NCBI GenBank assembly: GCA_016722045.1
Contig: JADKGY010000006.1
Coordinates: 19,960-83,959, forward strand
Length of the DNA: 64,000 bases
Reading direction: 5' to 3'
DNA from: Candidatus Opimibacter skivensis
GTDB taxonomy: Bacteria; Bacteroidota; Bacteroidia; Chitinophagales; Saprospiraceae
In this document: piece after piece, positions 1-15,600 of the stretch
Layout of the letters: each line of letters begins with the position of its first letter
Numbering within the stretch: the stretch's first letter is position 1
Position numbers and translations under genes: made by a program
The notes under the pieces: generated by a model
Seen by the model: the letters and a program-made list of their open reading frames with translations, nothing else
The model's database searches: none
Told to the model about the DNA's origin: nothing

Positions 1-3000
1 TGACGTCCTGTACATTTATGGTTTGCGAGGCTGTGGATGAATTTCCACAGGCATCCGTCGCCGTCCATGTTCTTTTCACGCTGTATGAACCTGCACATGA
101 CCCGTTTGTCGTCACATCAACAGATGTCAATGTGAATGCACTTCCACAGGCATCAGTTGCCGTGGCAACAGCAAATACAGGTGTGGCAGGACAATTAATT
201 GTGGTTGTTGAAGGCAATGCTGCAATGACCGGCGCTGTGACATCTCTGACATTGATGGTTTGAGATGCTGTTGAAGAATTTCCACATCCATCTGTTGCTG
301 TCCATGTTCTCTTCACGCTGTATGAACCGGCGCATGCACCCGGTGTAGTGACATCTGCGAATACTAGTGATATACCACTATTGCAGGCATCCGTTGCAAC
401 AGCTTGTGTGAAGGAAGGCGTAGCCGGGCAATCAATTGTAGTCGGCGCAGGAAGCGGTGCTATGACAGGAGCAGTAACGTCTTGAACATTGATGACCTGC
501 ACAGCTGATGACATATTGCCGCATGCATCTGTCGCCATCCATGTACGTGCTACACTGTACGAACCAGCGCATAGGCCTGGCGTCATGACATCCATTGATG
601 ATAATGAGAAAGCAAAGCCGCACGCATCCATAGCCGAAACGGAGAAGCTTGGGATAGCAGGACAATTGATGGTTGTAAATGGAACGACGTTTATCGCCGG
701 AGGTGTAACATCCTGAACACTGATCGTTTGAACAGCTGTGGAGGAATTTCCACATCCGTCTGTAGCTGTCCATGTCCTGGTGACACTGTATGTACCTGGA
801 CATGATCCGGGTATGTTGATATCATTGAATATCAAAGAGAATGCGCTTCCACATACGTCAGATGCTGTTGCTGTTGCAAAGGAAGGTGTTGCAGGGCAAT
901 TAATTATTGTTGGCGCAGGTAATGCAGCAATGACAGGAGGTGTAATATCCTGAACATTTATGGTTTGAGATGCGGTTGAAGAATTTCCGCAAGCATCAGT
1001 TGCAGTCCATTTTCTTGTCACACTGTATGATCCTGTGCAAGCACCTGAATTGCTCACATCTTCAGATGTGAGTGTAAAAGCTGATCCACATGCATCAATA
1101 GCTGTTGCTACTGCAAAGACAGGTGTTGCAGGACAATTAATAGTTGTCGTTGCAGGTAATGCTGCAATGACAGGCGCAGTGACATCCTGTACATTTATTG
1201 TTTGTGATGCCGTTGAGGAATTTCCGCATCCATCGGTTGCAGTCCATGTTCGTTTCACACTATATGAACCTGCACATGCTCCATTTGTTGTCACATCAAC
1301 AGATACCAATGTGAAAGCACTTCCGCATGCATCAATTGCTGTTGCAACTGCAAAGACAGGAGTTGAAGGACAATTAATGGTTGTTGGTGCAGGCAATGCT
1401 GCAATGACAGGCGCAGTGATATCCTGGACATTAATAGTTTGTGATGCTGTTGAAGAATTTCCGCATCCATCTGTTGCAGTCCATGTTCTTGTCACGCTGT
1501 ATGATCCTGCGCATGCTCCATTTGTTGTCACATCAACAGATGTCAAAGTGAAAGCGCTTCCGCAGGCATCAATAGCCGTTGCAATTGCAAAGACAGGAGT
1601 TGCAGGACAATTAATTGTTGTTGGTGCAGGCAATGCTGCAATGACAGGCGCAGTGATATCCTGGACATTAATAGTTTGTGATGCCGTGGAAGAATTTCCA
1701 CATCCATCTGTTGCTGTCCATGTTCTGGTCACACTGTATGATCCTGCGCAAGCACCTGAATTGCTCACATCTTCAGATGTAAGTGTAAAAGCTGATCCGC
1801 ACGCATCCGTTGCTGTTGCAACTGCAAAGACAGGAGTAGCAGGGCAATTAATGGTTGTCGGTGCAGGTAATGCAGCAATGACAGGCGCAGTGACATCCTG
1901 TACATTTATTGTTTGTGATGCCGTTGAAGAATTTCCGCAAGCATCTGTGGCGGTCCATGTTCGTTTCACACTATATGATCCTGCACATGCTTCATTTGTT
2001 GTCACATCGACAGATGTCAATGTGAAAGTACTTCCGCATGCATCAATAGCTGTCGCTACTGCAAAGACAGGTGTTGCAGGACAATTAATGGTTGTCGGTG
2101 CAGGTAATGCTGCAATGACAGGCGCAGTGACATCCTGTACATTTATCGTTTGAGATGCTGTTGAAGAATTTCCGCATGCATCTGTGGCGGTCCATGTTCG
2201 GGTCACACTGTATGATCCTGCACATGCCCCATTTGTTGTTACATCTGCAGATGTGAGTGTAAAAGCTGATCCACAAGCATCCGTTGCCGTAGCCACTGCA
2301 AATACCGGAGTCGACGGACAATTAATTGTTGTCGGTGCAGGTAATGCAGCTATAACAGGTGCTGTAACATCCTGAACATTTATCGTTTGTGAAGCCGTTG
2401 AAGAATTTCCACATGCATCTGTTGCTGTCCATGTTCTGGTCACACTATAAGATCCTGCACATGCTCCTGAATAGCTCACATCTTCAGATGTGAGTGTATA
2501 GGCTGAACCACATGCATCAATTGCCGTTGCTACTGCAAAGACAGGTGTTGCAGGACAATTAATGGTTGTCGGTGCAGGCAATGCTGCAATGACAGGTGCA
2601 GTGATATCCTGGACATTTATGGTCTGTGATGCTGTTGAAGAATTACCGCATCCATCTGCTGCTGTCCACGTTCTGGTCACACTATAAGATCCCGCGCATG
2701 CACCATTTGTAGTCACATCAACCGATGTCAATGTGAATGAACTTCCACATGCATCAGTTGCTGTTGCAACTGCAAAGACAGGTGTTGCAGGGCAATTTAT
2801 CGTAATTGGTGCAGGCAGTGATGCTATTACAGGCGCTGTAATATCCTGGACATTGATCGTTTGTGATGCCGTTGAAGAATTTCCACATCCATCTGTTGCT
2901 GTCCATGTTCGCTTCACACTATATGATCCTGCACATGCTCCATTTGTTGTCACATCGACAGATGTCAATGTGAAAGCACTTCCGCATGCATCAATAGCTG

Positions 3001-6000
3001 TCGCTACTGCAAAGACAGGTGTCGCAGGACAATTAATGGTTGTCGGTGCAGGTAATGCTGCAATGACAGGTGCAGTGATATCCTGTACATTTATCGTTTG
3101 AGATGCTGTTGAAGAATTTCCGCATCCATCTGTTGCCGTCCATTTTCTTGTCACACTGTATGATCCTGTACAAGCACCTGAATTGCTCACATCTTCAGAT
3201 GTGAGTGTAAAAGCTGATCCACATGCATCAATAGCTGTTGCTGTTGCAAAGGATGGCGTAGCCGGACAATTAATTGTAGTTGTCGAAGGAAGAGCGGCTA
3301 TGACTGGAGCAATTATATCCTGAACATTAATGGTCTGTGATGCTGTCGAAGAATTTCCGCATGCATCAGTTGCTGTCCATGTTCTCTTCACACTATACGA
3401 TCCTGCACATGCACCATTGATAGTGATATCTTCAGATGTGAGTGTAAAAGCTGATCCGCATGCATCTGTTGCCGTAGCAATTGCAAAGACCGGAGTCGCA
3501 GGACAATTAATGGTTGTCGGTGCGGGTAATGCCGCAATGACTGGTGCAGTGACATCCTGTACATTTATGGTCTGTGATGCTGTTGATGAATTTCCGCATC
3601 CATCAGTTGCCGTCCAGGTTCTTGTCACACTATAAGATCCCGCGCATGCTCCATTTATTGTCACATCAACCGATGTCAATGTGAATGTACTTCCGCAGGC
3701 ATCAGTTGCTGTTGCAACTGCAAAGACAGGAGTTGCAGGGCAATTTATCGTAGTTGGTGCAGGCAGTGATGCGATTACAGGAGCTGTAACATCCTGTACA
3801 TTTATTGTCTGTGATGCAGTTGACGAATTGCCACAACCGTCTGTAGCTGTCCAGGTTCTCTTCACACTGTACGAACCTGCGCATGCTCCGCTTGTTGTGA
3901 CATCTGTAAAATTCAATGTAAACGTACTTCCACATGCATCAATAGCTGTTGCTGTTGCAAAAGATGGCGTAGCAGGACAATTAATTATTGTTGGTGCAGG
4001 CAATGCAGCAATGACAGGAGGTGTTATATCCTGAACATTTATGGTTTGCGACGCAGTTGAAGAATTTCCGCATGCGTCTGTTGCCGTCCAATTTCTGGTT
4101 ACACTGTATGATCCTGCACATGCTCCATTTGTTGTTACATCAACAGATGTCAAGGTGAAAGCACTTCCGCAGGCATCAATCGCTGTTGCAACCGCAAAGA
4201 CAGGGGTTGCAGGACAATTAATGGTTGTTGGCGCAGGTAATGCTGCAATGACAGGTGCAGTGATATCCTGAACATTTATGGTCTGTGATGCTGTTGATGA
4301 ATTTCCACATGCATCAGTCGCTGTCCATGTTCGGGTCACACTGTATGACCCTGTGCATGCCCCATTGATAGTAATATCGGCAGATGTGAGTGTGAATGCT
4401 GATCCACATGCATCTGAAGCTGTAGCAATTGCAAACACAGGTGTGGCCGGACAATTAATGGTTGTCGTTGAAGGTAATGCCGCAATGACAGGCGCAGTGA
4501 CATCCTGTACATTTATGGTCTGTGCTGCCGTTGATGAATTTCCGCACCCATCGGTTGCCGTCCAGGTTCTTGTCACACTATAAGATCCTGCACATGCTCC
4601 GTTTGTTGTCGCATCAACCGATGTCAATGTGAATGCACTTCCACATGCATCAAGAGCCGTTGCAACTGCGAAAACAGGAGTTGCCGGACAATTAATTGTT
4701 GTTGGTGCAGGAAGTGCAGCAATAACAGGTGCTGTAACATCCTGTACATTTATCGTTTGAGATGCAGTTGAAGAATTTCCGCATCCATCGGTTGCAGTCC
4801 ATGTTCTCTTCACACTGTACGAACCTGCGCATGCTCCGCTTGTTGTGACATCTGTAAAATTCAATGTAAACGTACTTCCACATGCATCAATAGCTGTTGC
4901 TGTTGCAAAAGATGGCGTAGCAGGACAATTAATTGTAGTTGTCGAAGGAAGAGCGGCTATGACTGGAGCAGTTATATCCTGAACATTTATGGTTTGCGAC
5001 GCAGTTGAAGAATTTCCGCATGCGTCTGTTGCCGTCCAATTTCTGGTTACACTGTATGATCCTGCACATGCCCCATTTGTTATTACATCAACAGATGTCA
5101 AGGTGAAAGCACTTCCGCAGGCATCAATCGCTGTTGCAACCGCAAAGACAGGTGTTGCAGGACAATTAATAGTTGTTGGTGCAGGAAGGGATGCGATTAC
5201 CGGAGCAGTTATATCCTGAACATTTATAGTCTGTGATGCTGTTGAAAAATTTCCGCATGCATCCGTTGCTGTCCATGTTCTCTTCACACTATACGATCCT
5301 GCACAGACGCCGTTTGTGGTGATATCTGCAAAATTCAATGTAAAGGCACTGCCACATGCATCGGTAGCGGTAGCAATAGCAAATACCGGAGTCGAAGGAC
5401 AATTAATGGTTGTAGGCGCAGGCAATGCAGCAATGACAGGCGCAGTGACATCCTGTACATTTATGGTCTGTGATGCTGTTGATGAATTTCCGCATCCATC
5501 GGTTGCCGTCCATATTCGTGTCACACTATATGAACCAGCACATGCACCTGAAGTGCTCACATCCTGAGATATAAGTGTAAAGGCTGACCCACACGCATCA
5601 GAAGCAGTAGCCTGCATAAAGACAGGAGTGTTGGGACAATTGATGGTCGTAGGTCCAAGTAGCTGATCGATGACTGGACCGGTCACGTCCTGAATATTTA
5701 TCGTTTGTGAAGCAGTAGATGAATTTCCACAAGCATCTGTTGCCGTCCAGGTTCTGGTGATACTGTAGGATCCTGTACATGCTCCATTTGTTGTCACATC
5801 AACAGATGTCAACGTGAATGCACTTCCGCATGCATCAATAGCAGTAGCAATTGCAAATAATGGTGTTGCAGGACAATTGATTGTTGAAGGAGCAGGTAAT
5901 GATGCTATGACAGGCGCAGTAACATCCTGAACATTTATCGTTTGAGATGCGGTTGAAGAATTTCCGCATGCATCTGTTGCCGTCCATTTTCTTGTCACAC

Positions 6001-9000
6001 TGTATGATCCTGCACAAGCTCCATTTGTTGTCACATCAACAGATGTCAACGTGAATGCACTACCACAGGCATCAATAGCTGTTGCAACTGCAAAGACAGG
6101 CGCTGCAGGGCAATTAATGGTTGTCGGTGCAGGCAATGCTGCAATGACAGGTGCTGTAATATCCTGAACATTTATCGTTTGTGATGCCGTTGATGAATTT
6201 CCGCATGCATCGGTTGCTGTCCATGTTCTCTTCACACTATACGATCCTGCACAGAGACCGTTTGTAGTTACATCTGTAAAATTCAATGTAAAGGCACTTC
6301 CACATGCATCCGTTGCCGTTGCCACTGCAAAGACCGGAGTTGATGGACAATTAATGGTTGTTGTTGCAGGTAATGCCGCAATGACCGGTGCAGTGACATC
6401 CTGAACATTTATAGTTTGTGATGCTGTTGAAGAATTTCCACATGCATCTGTTGCTGTCCATGTTCTTGTCACACTATAAGATCCTGCACATGCCCCATTG
6501 ATAGTGATATCGGCAGATGTGAGTGTGAAAGCTGATCCACATGCATCTGTTGCTGTAGCCACTGCAAAGACAGGAGTTGAAGGACAATTAATTGTTGATG
6601 GTGCAGGCAATGCTGCGATAACAGGCGCTGTAACGTCTTGAACAGTTATCGTTTGTGATGCCGTTGAAGAATTTCCACATGCATCAGTTGCTGTCCATTT
6701 TCTTGTCACACTGTACGATCCTGCGCATGCTCCATTTGTTGTCACATCTTCAGATGTGAGTGTAAATGCTGATCCACAAGCATCCAGAGCTGTTGCAACT
6801 GCAAAGACAGGTATTGCAGGACAATTAATTGTTGTCGGTGCTGGTAATGCTGCTATGACAGGCGCGGTAACATCCTGCACATTTATTGTTTGAGATGCAG
6901 TTGAAGAATTTCCGCATGCATCTGTTGCTATCCATGTTCTTGTCACACTATATGATCCTGCACATGCCCCATTTGTGGTAACATCTGCAGATGTGAGTGT
7001 AAAAGCTGATCCACATGCATCAATAGCTGTTGCAACCGCGAAGACAGGTATTGCGGGACAATTAATTGTTGTTGGCGCAGGTAGAGCAGCAATGACAGGG
7101 GCTGTTATATCCTGGACATTGATAGTCTGTGACGCCGTTGAAGAATTTCCACATGCATCGGCGGCTGTCCATGTTCTCTTCACACTATATGATCCTGCAC
7201 AAGCACCGTTTGTAGTGATATCTGCAAAATTCAAAGTAAAGGCACTGCCACATGCATCGGTCGCCGTGGCAACAGCAAACACAGGTATCGCAGGGCAATT
7301 AATCGTTGATGTTGAAGGAAGAGGTGCAATAACTGGCGCAGTGATATCTTGTACGTTGATGGTCTGTGAATCTGTAGAGACGTTTCCACATGCATCAGTT
7401 GCTGTCCATATCCTGGTCACACTGTAGGATCCTGCACATGCACCTGAATTGATCACATCTACATAGGTGAGCGTGAACGCTGATCCACATTCGTCAGCGG
7501 CCGTAGCCACCGCAAAATCAGGAGTCGCAGGACAATTTATCGTTGTTTCACCCGGAAGAGGGTCAATGACAGGCGCAGTGATATCCTGAACATAGATGAC
7601 CTGGGATGAAGTAGACGAATTACCACAATCATCCACAGCAGTCCACGTCCTGGTCACACTATATGATCCTGCACAATCCCCAGACGTGGTCACATCCTGT
7701 GATGTAAGAGAAACAAGTGTACCACATGCATCATTGGCAACTGCATCCACAAAAACAGGTGTTGCAGGACAATCGATTAAAGTAGGTGTAGGCAATGGAT
7801 CAAATACAGGGCCGGTGATATCCTGAACATTTATGGTTTGTGTTGCAGTTGAAATATTGCCACATTCATCGATCGCTGTCCATGTTCTGGTGATACTATA
7901 TGAACCTGTACATAATCCGGTTGTAGTCACATCCAGAAAGTCAAGTGAAAAAGCGCTACCACACGCATCCACAGCAAAAGCTTGTTCAAAAGCCGGTGTT
8001 GCGGGACAATCTATAGTGGACGTAACCGGAAGAGGCAATATTTCCGGACCGGTATTATCCTGTACATGAATTGTCTGAGAAGCGTTTGAAAAATTACCAC
8101 ATGCGTCAGTAGCTGTCCATACCCGGGTCACGAAATATGAGCCGCCACATTCTGCCGGCGAAGTCGATTCTGAATATGTTAGATTGAATGGGCTACCACA
8201 TTCATCAGTCGCCGTTGCTTGCGTAAATACAGGGACCGCAGGACAGTAAATAGTTGTCAACCCTGGTAGTGGATCAAATACAGGTGCAGTATCATCCTGC
8301 ACATTGATGATTTGTGAAGCACTGGATGAATTCCCACATGCGTCAGTAGCAATCCATATTCGTTTTACACTGTATGAGCCTGTACATGCTCCATTGGTAG
8401 TAATATCTGTGAAAGTTAATGCAAATGCACTGCCACATGCATCAACGGCAGTCGCCTGGGTGAAAGAGGGTATGGCAGGACAATTGATCGTTGTTGGCGC
8501 AGGAAGTGCTGCAATAACAGGTGCTGTAATGTCCTGAACATTTATGGTCTGTGATGCAGTAGAAGAATTTCCACATCCATCCGTAGCTGTCCAGATTCGG
8601 GTCACACTGTATGAACCAGTGCAGGTTCCTGAAGTATTCACATCTACTGATGTGAGTGTGAATGCTGATCCACACGCATCTGTCGCAGTTGCCACAGCAA
8701 AGACAGGTGTTGCTGGGCAATTAATTAAACTAGGAGCAGGTAAAGCAAGGATTACCGGAGCAGTTATGTCCTGCACATTGATTGTTTGTGATGAAGTAGA
8801 TGAATTTCCGCATGCATCCGTTGCTGTCCATGTTCGGGTCACACTGTATGATCCTGTGCAAGCACCTGAATTGATCACATCTTCAGATGTGAGTGTAAAA
8901 GCTGATCCACATCCATCCGTAGCTGTAGCAATTGCGAATACAGGTGTAGCTGGACAATTAATCGTTGTAGGTGCAGGAAGTGCAGCAATAACAGGCGCAG

Positions 9001-12000
9001 TGACATCCTGAACATTGATCGTTTGTGATGCTGTTGAAGAATTTCCGCAGGCATCCGTTGCTGTCCATGTTCGGGTCACACTGTATGATCCTGCACATGC
9101 TCCATTAATCGTGACATCTGCAGATGTGAGTGTGAAAGCAGATCCACAGGCATCCGTTGCAGTTGCAACAGCGAATACAGGAGTAGCTGGACAATTAATT
9201 GTAGTCGGAGAAGGAAGTGATGAAATAACGGGTGCATCAACATCCTGAACATTTATCGTTTGTGATGCCGTTGAAGAATTTCCGCATGCATCCGTGGCGG
9301 TCCATGTTCTGGTCACGCTGTATGATCCTGCACATGCTCCATTAATCGTGACATCTGCAGACGTGAGTATGAAAGCAGATCCACAGGCATCCGTTGCAGT
9401 TGCAACAGCGAAAACAGGAGTAGCTGGACAATTAATTGTAGTCGGAGAAGGAAGTGATGAAATAACAGGTGCATCAACATCCCGAACATTTATCGTTTGT
9501 GATGCCGTTGAAGAATTTCCACAAGCATCGATTGCTGTCCATGTTCTGGTCACGCTGTATTCGCCAGTGCAGGCTCCTGCTGTACTCACATCTTCAGATG
9601 TAAGTGTGAAAGCTGATCCGCATGCATCGGTCGCAGTGGCAACTGCGAATACAGGGATAGACGGACAGTTAATTGTCGTTGGAGCAGGCAAGACTGCGAT
9701 GACAGGTGCAGTGACATCCTGAACATTTATAGTTTGTGATGCTGTTGAAGAATTTCCACATGCATCTGTTGCTGTCCATGTTCTTGTCACACTATAAGAT
9801 CCTGCACAAGCACCATTTGTTGTGACATCAGCCGAGGTGAGTGTGAAAGCACTTCCACAGGCATCAGTAGCTGTGGCAACTGCAAAAACAGGTGTAGCAG
9901 GACAATTAATGGTTGTTGGAGCAGGCAAGGTTGCGATGACAGGTGCAGTAATGTCCTGAACATTTATAGTCTGTGATGCCGTCGATGAATTCCCGCATGC
10001 ATCCGTGGCGGTCCATGTTCTGGTCACACTATATGAACCAGTGCAGGCCCCTGAAGTGCTCACATCTTCCGATGTGAGTGTAAAAGCTGATCCACACGCA
10101 TCCGTTGCAGTAGCTACTGAGAATACCGGGGCAGCAGGACAATTAATTGTTGTCGGTGCCGGAAGTGATGCAATAACAGGCGCATCCACATCCTGAACAT
10201 TTATCGTTTGAGAAGCCGTTGAAATATTTCCACATGCATCCGTCGCCGTCCATGTTCGGGTCACACTATATGATCCTGTGCAAGCACCTGAGTTGCTCAC
10301 ATCTTCAGATGTGAGTGTAAAAGCTGATCCACATGCATCCGTTGCAGTAGCTATAGCAAATGAAGGCGTCGCCGGACAATTTATTGTTGTAGGTGCAGGA
10401 AGTGATGAAATAACCGGAGCAGTGACATCCTGTACATTGATCGTCTGTGAAGCTGTTGAAATATTTCCACATGCATCTGTTGCTGTCCAGGTTCTTTTCA
10501 CACTATAAGATCCTGCACAAGCCCCGTTTGTGGTCACATCTGATGATGTGAGTGTAAAGGCACTTCCACAGGCATCCGTTGCCGTAGCTACGGCAAAGAC
10601 AGGTGTTGCAGGACAATTAATCGTAGTTGTTGCAGGTAATGCAGCTATGACAGGAGCTGTTACATCTTGCACATTGATCGTCTGTGATGCTGTCGATGAA
10701 TTTCCACATCCATCCGTCGCCGTCCATGTTCGGGTCACACTATATGAACCAGCACATGCACCTGAAGTGCTCACATCCTGAGATATGAGTGTAAAGGCTG
10801 ATCCACATGCATCCGTCGCTGTAGCAACTGCGAATACAGGAGTAGCAGGACAATTAATTGTTGTTGGAGAAGGAAGTGATGCAATGACAGGCGCATCCAC
10901 ATCCTGAACATTTATTGTTTGCGAAGCTGTTGATGAATTTCCACATGCATCCGTCGCCGTCCATATTCGGGTCACACTATATGATCCAGCACAGGCTCCT
11001 GAATAGTTCACATCTTCAGATGTGAGTGTATAGGCTGATCCACAGGCATCGGTCGCTGTAGCAAATGCAAATACAGGTGTCGCAGGACAATTGATAGTAG
11101 TAGGCGCAGGCAATGCTGATATAACAGGTGCAGTTATATCCTGAACATTTATCGTTTGTGATGCCGTTGAAGAATTTCCGCATGCATCAGTTGCTGTCCA
11201 TGTTCGGGTCACACTGTATGATCCTGCACATGCTCCATTAATAGTGGCATCTGCAGATGTGAGTGTGTAAGTTGATCCACATGCATCCGTCGCTGTAGCC
11301 ACTGCAAATACAGGTGTAGAAGGACAACTAATTGTTGTTGGGGAAGGAAGTGATGCAATGACAGGTGCATCAACATCCTGAACATTTATTGTTTGAGAAT
11401 CCGTTGAGATATTTCCACAAGCATCCGTCGCCGTCCATGTTCGAGTCACACTATAAGATCCTGCACAAGCCCCGTTTGTGGTCACATCTGCAAAATTCAA
11501 TGTGAATGTACTTCCACATGCATCAATAGCTGTTGCAGTTGCAAAGGATGGTGTCGCAGGACAATTAATGGTTGATGAGGCAGGCAATGCTGCGATAACA
11601 GGAGCTGTGATATCCTGGACAGTTATGGTCTGTGATGCTGTAGATGAATTTCCACATGCGTCCGTTGCGGTCCATGTCCTGGTCACACTATATGATCCTG
11701 TGCAAGCACCTGAATTGCTCACATCTTCAGATGTGAGTGTAAAAGATGATCCACATGCATCAGTAGCTGTGGCAACTGCAAAAGATGGTGTTGCAGGACA
11801 ATTAATGGTTGTTGGCGCAGGCAATGCTGCAATAACAGGTGCAGTGATATCCTGAACAGTTATCGTTTGTGATGCAGTTGAAGAATTTCCACAAGCATCT
11901 GTTGCTGTCCAGGTTCTTTTCACGCTATAAGATCCTGCACAAGCACCATTTGTTGTGACATCAGCCGAGGTGAGTGTGAAAGCACTTCCACATGCATCAG

Positions 12001-12600
12001 TAGCTGTGGCAACTGCAAAAACAGGTGTAGCAGGACAATTAATGGTTGTTGGATCAGGCAATGCTGCGATAACAGGCGCAGTGATATCCTGAACAGTTAT
12101 CGTTTGTGATGCGGTAGAAGAATTTCCGCATGCATCTGTTGCTGTCCAGGTTCTTTTCACACTATAAGATCCTGCACAAGCACCATTTGTTGTGACATCA
12201 TCTGAGGTGAGTGTGAAGGCACTTCCACATGCATCCGTTGCCGTAGCAACTGCAAAGACCGGAGTTGATGGACAATTAATAGTAGTCGGTGCAGGAAGTG
12301 ATGATATGACAGGAGCATCAACATCCTGAACATTTATGGTTTGCGATGCAGTCGAAATATTTCCACAAGCATCTGTTGCTGTCCATACTCTGGTCACACT
12401 ATAGGATCCTGTGCATGCTCCGGATGTTGTCACATCTGCAGAAGTCAGTGTAAAATCATTTCCACATTCATCAGTCGCTGTTGCCACTGAAAATACCGGA
12501 ATTGAAGGACAATTAATTGTGGAAGGAGCAGGAAGTGCTGATATGACAGGTGCAGTAATATCATGAACATTTATTGTTTGAGATGTAGTTGAAAAATTAC
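1..12600 (-). repeat. family-B tandem 240-bp HYR-like coding repeats (~52 units, diverged)
   Basis: Exact 240-nt periodicity, e.g. gtgatgc(t/c)gt(t/g)gaagaatttcc(g/a)catcc at 1441 and 1681. Units vary by about 10-25% at nt level. The motif SYSVTRTWTATDGCGN is encoded on the minus strand. Confidence 0.75.
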
Positions 12601-15600
12601 CACATGCATCTGTCGCTGTCCATGTTCTTGTCACACTATAATTCCCCGGGCATGTAGGATTTCCGGGTATTGATACATCCGAAAATGTGACTACTGGTGC
12701 CGCATCACATGCATCGGAGGCTGTTGGAGCAGTAAAACCTGGTATGGAAGGACAGTTTATTGTTATTGTTCCTCCCTGACCAGTTAATACAGGTGCAGTA
12801 ACATCATGTATTGTGATCGTCTGGCTCACCGGTGTGGATACATTTCCACATGCATCCGTTGCTATCCATGTCCTGGTCACACTATAATTTCCTGCGCAAA
12901 TTGGACTACCGGCTACAGTTACATCAGTAAATGTGATCACTGGTGCTCCATCACATGCATCTGTTGCTGTTGGTGCACTGAAGATTGGCGTAGCCGGACA
13001 ATCAATTGTAGTCGCTATTCCCTGACCTGTTAAGACAGGGGCTGTCACATCATGTACCGTGATCGTCTGGCTTACAGGTGCGGATACATTCCCGCATGCA
13101 TCTGTTGCTATCCATGTCCTGGTCACACTATAATTTCCTGCGCATGTCGGACTACCGGCTACAGTGACATCTGAAAATGTGATTACTGGTGCTCCATCAC
13201 ACGCATCTGAGGCAGTTGGTGCAGTAAAACTTGGTACAGCAGGACAGTTTATAGTAATTGCTCCTCCCTGGCCTGATAATACAGGGGCTGAAATATCTTG
13301 TACAGTGATTGTCTGGCTTACAGGTGCAGATACATTTCCGCATGCATCTGTTGCTATCCATGTCCTGGTCACACTATAATTCCCTGCGCACGTTGGATTA
13401 CCAGCTACAGTCACATCTGAAAATGTAATTACAGGTGCCACATCACACGCATCTGTTGCTGTTGGAGCCGTAAAACTTGGTATAGCAGGACAGTTTATTG
13501 TTGTCGCTATTCCCTGACCTGATAAAACGGGTGCTGTTACATCATGTACTGTTATCGTTTGACTTACTGGCGCGGATACATTTCCGCATGCATCTGTTGC
13601 TATCCATGTCCTTGTCACACTATAATTTCCTGCGCATGTCGGACTACCCGATACAGTGACATCTGAAAATGTAATTACCGGTGAAGCATCACATGCATCT
13701 GTTGCAGTTGGTGCAGTGAAGACTGGTGTTGCAGGACAATTTATTGTTAATGCTCCTCCCTGACCTGATAAAACGGGTGCTGTAACATCATGTACCGTGA
13801 TCGTCTGGCTGACGGATGCAGATACATTTCCGCATGCATCTGTTGCAATCCATGTCCTGGTCACACTATAATTTCCTGCGCATGTTGGACTACCAGCTAC
13901 AGTCACATCTGAAAATGTAATTACAGGTGCCACATCACACGCATCGGTTGCTGTTGGCGCAGTAAAACCTGGTATTGCAGGACAGTTTATTGTAGTCGCT
14001 ATTCCCTGACCTGATAAGACAGGGGCTGTAATATCATGCACCGTGATCGTCTGACTTACAGGTGTCGAGACATTTCCGCATGCATCTGTTGCTAGCCATG
14101 TTCTGGTCACACTATAATTTCCTGCACATGTTGGGCTACCAGCTACGGTCACATCTGAAAATGTTATCACCGGTGCTCCATCACATGCATCCGTTGCTGT
14201 TGGCGCAGTAAAACTTGGTACAGTAGGACAGTTTATTGTTGTCGCTATTCCCTGCCCTGATAAGACTGGAGCAGTAACATCTTGTACCGTGATCGTCTGA
14301 CTTACAGGTGCTGAAACATTTCCACATGCATCCGTTGCTATCCATGTTCTGGTCACACTATAATTTCCTGCACATGTTGGGCTACCAGCTACGGTCACAT
14401 CCGAAAATGTAATCACCGGTGTAGCATCACATGCATCAGTCGCTGTAGGTGCAGTAAAACTTGGTACAGAAGGACAGTTTATTGTTGTCGCTATTCCCTG
14501 ACCTGATAATACCGGTGCAGTAACATCATGTACCGTTATCGTCTGACTTACAGGAGCAGATATATTTCCGCATGCATCTGTTGCTATCCATGTCCTGGTC
14601 ACACTATAATTTCCTGCACAAGTCGGGCTACCGGCTACGGTCACATCTGAAAATGTTATCACCGGTGCTCCATCACATGCATCCGTTGCTGTTGGCGCAG
14701 TAAAACTTGGTACAGTAGGACAGTTTATTGTTGTCGCTATTCCCTGACCTGATAAAACTGGAGCAGTAACATCTTGTACCGTGATTGTCTGACTTACTGG
14801 TACTGAAACATTCCCGCATGCATCAGTTGCTATCCATGTCCTGGTTACACTATAATTTCCTGCACATGTTGGACTACCCGCTATAGTGACATCTGAAAAT
14901 GTAATTACCGGTGTCGCATCACACGCATCCGTTGCTATTGGTGAAGTGAAGATTGGTGTCGAAGGACAGTTTATTGTTGTCGCTATTCCCTGACCTGATA
15001 AGACAGGCACTGTTACATCATGTACCGTGATTGTCTGGCTCACAGGAGCAGATACATTTCCGCATGCATCTGTTGCAATCCATGTCCTGGTCACACTATA
15101 ATTTCCTGCACATGTTGGACTACCCGATACAGTGACATCTGAAAATGTAATTAACGGTGTCGCATCACATCCATCTGTTGCTGTTGGTGCAGTGAAGCTT
15201 GGTGTCGAAGGACAGTTTATTGTTGTCGCTATTCCCTGACCTGATAAAACTGGAGCAGTAACATCTTGTACCGTGATTGTCTGACTTACTGGTACTGAAA
15301 CATTCCCGCATGCATCAGTTGCTATCCATGTCCTGGTCACACTATAATTTCCTGCACATGTTGGACTACCCGATACAGTGACATCTGAAAATGTAATTAC
15401 CGGTGTCGCATCACATGCATCTGCTACTGTTGGTGAAGTGAAGATCGGTGTCGAAGGACAGTTTATTGTTGTCGTTATTCCCTGACCTGATAAGACAGGC
15501 ACTGTTACATCATGTACCGTGATTGTCTGGCTCACAGGAGCAGATACATTTCCGCATGCATCTGTTGCAATCCATGTCCTGGTCACACTATAATTTCCTG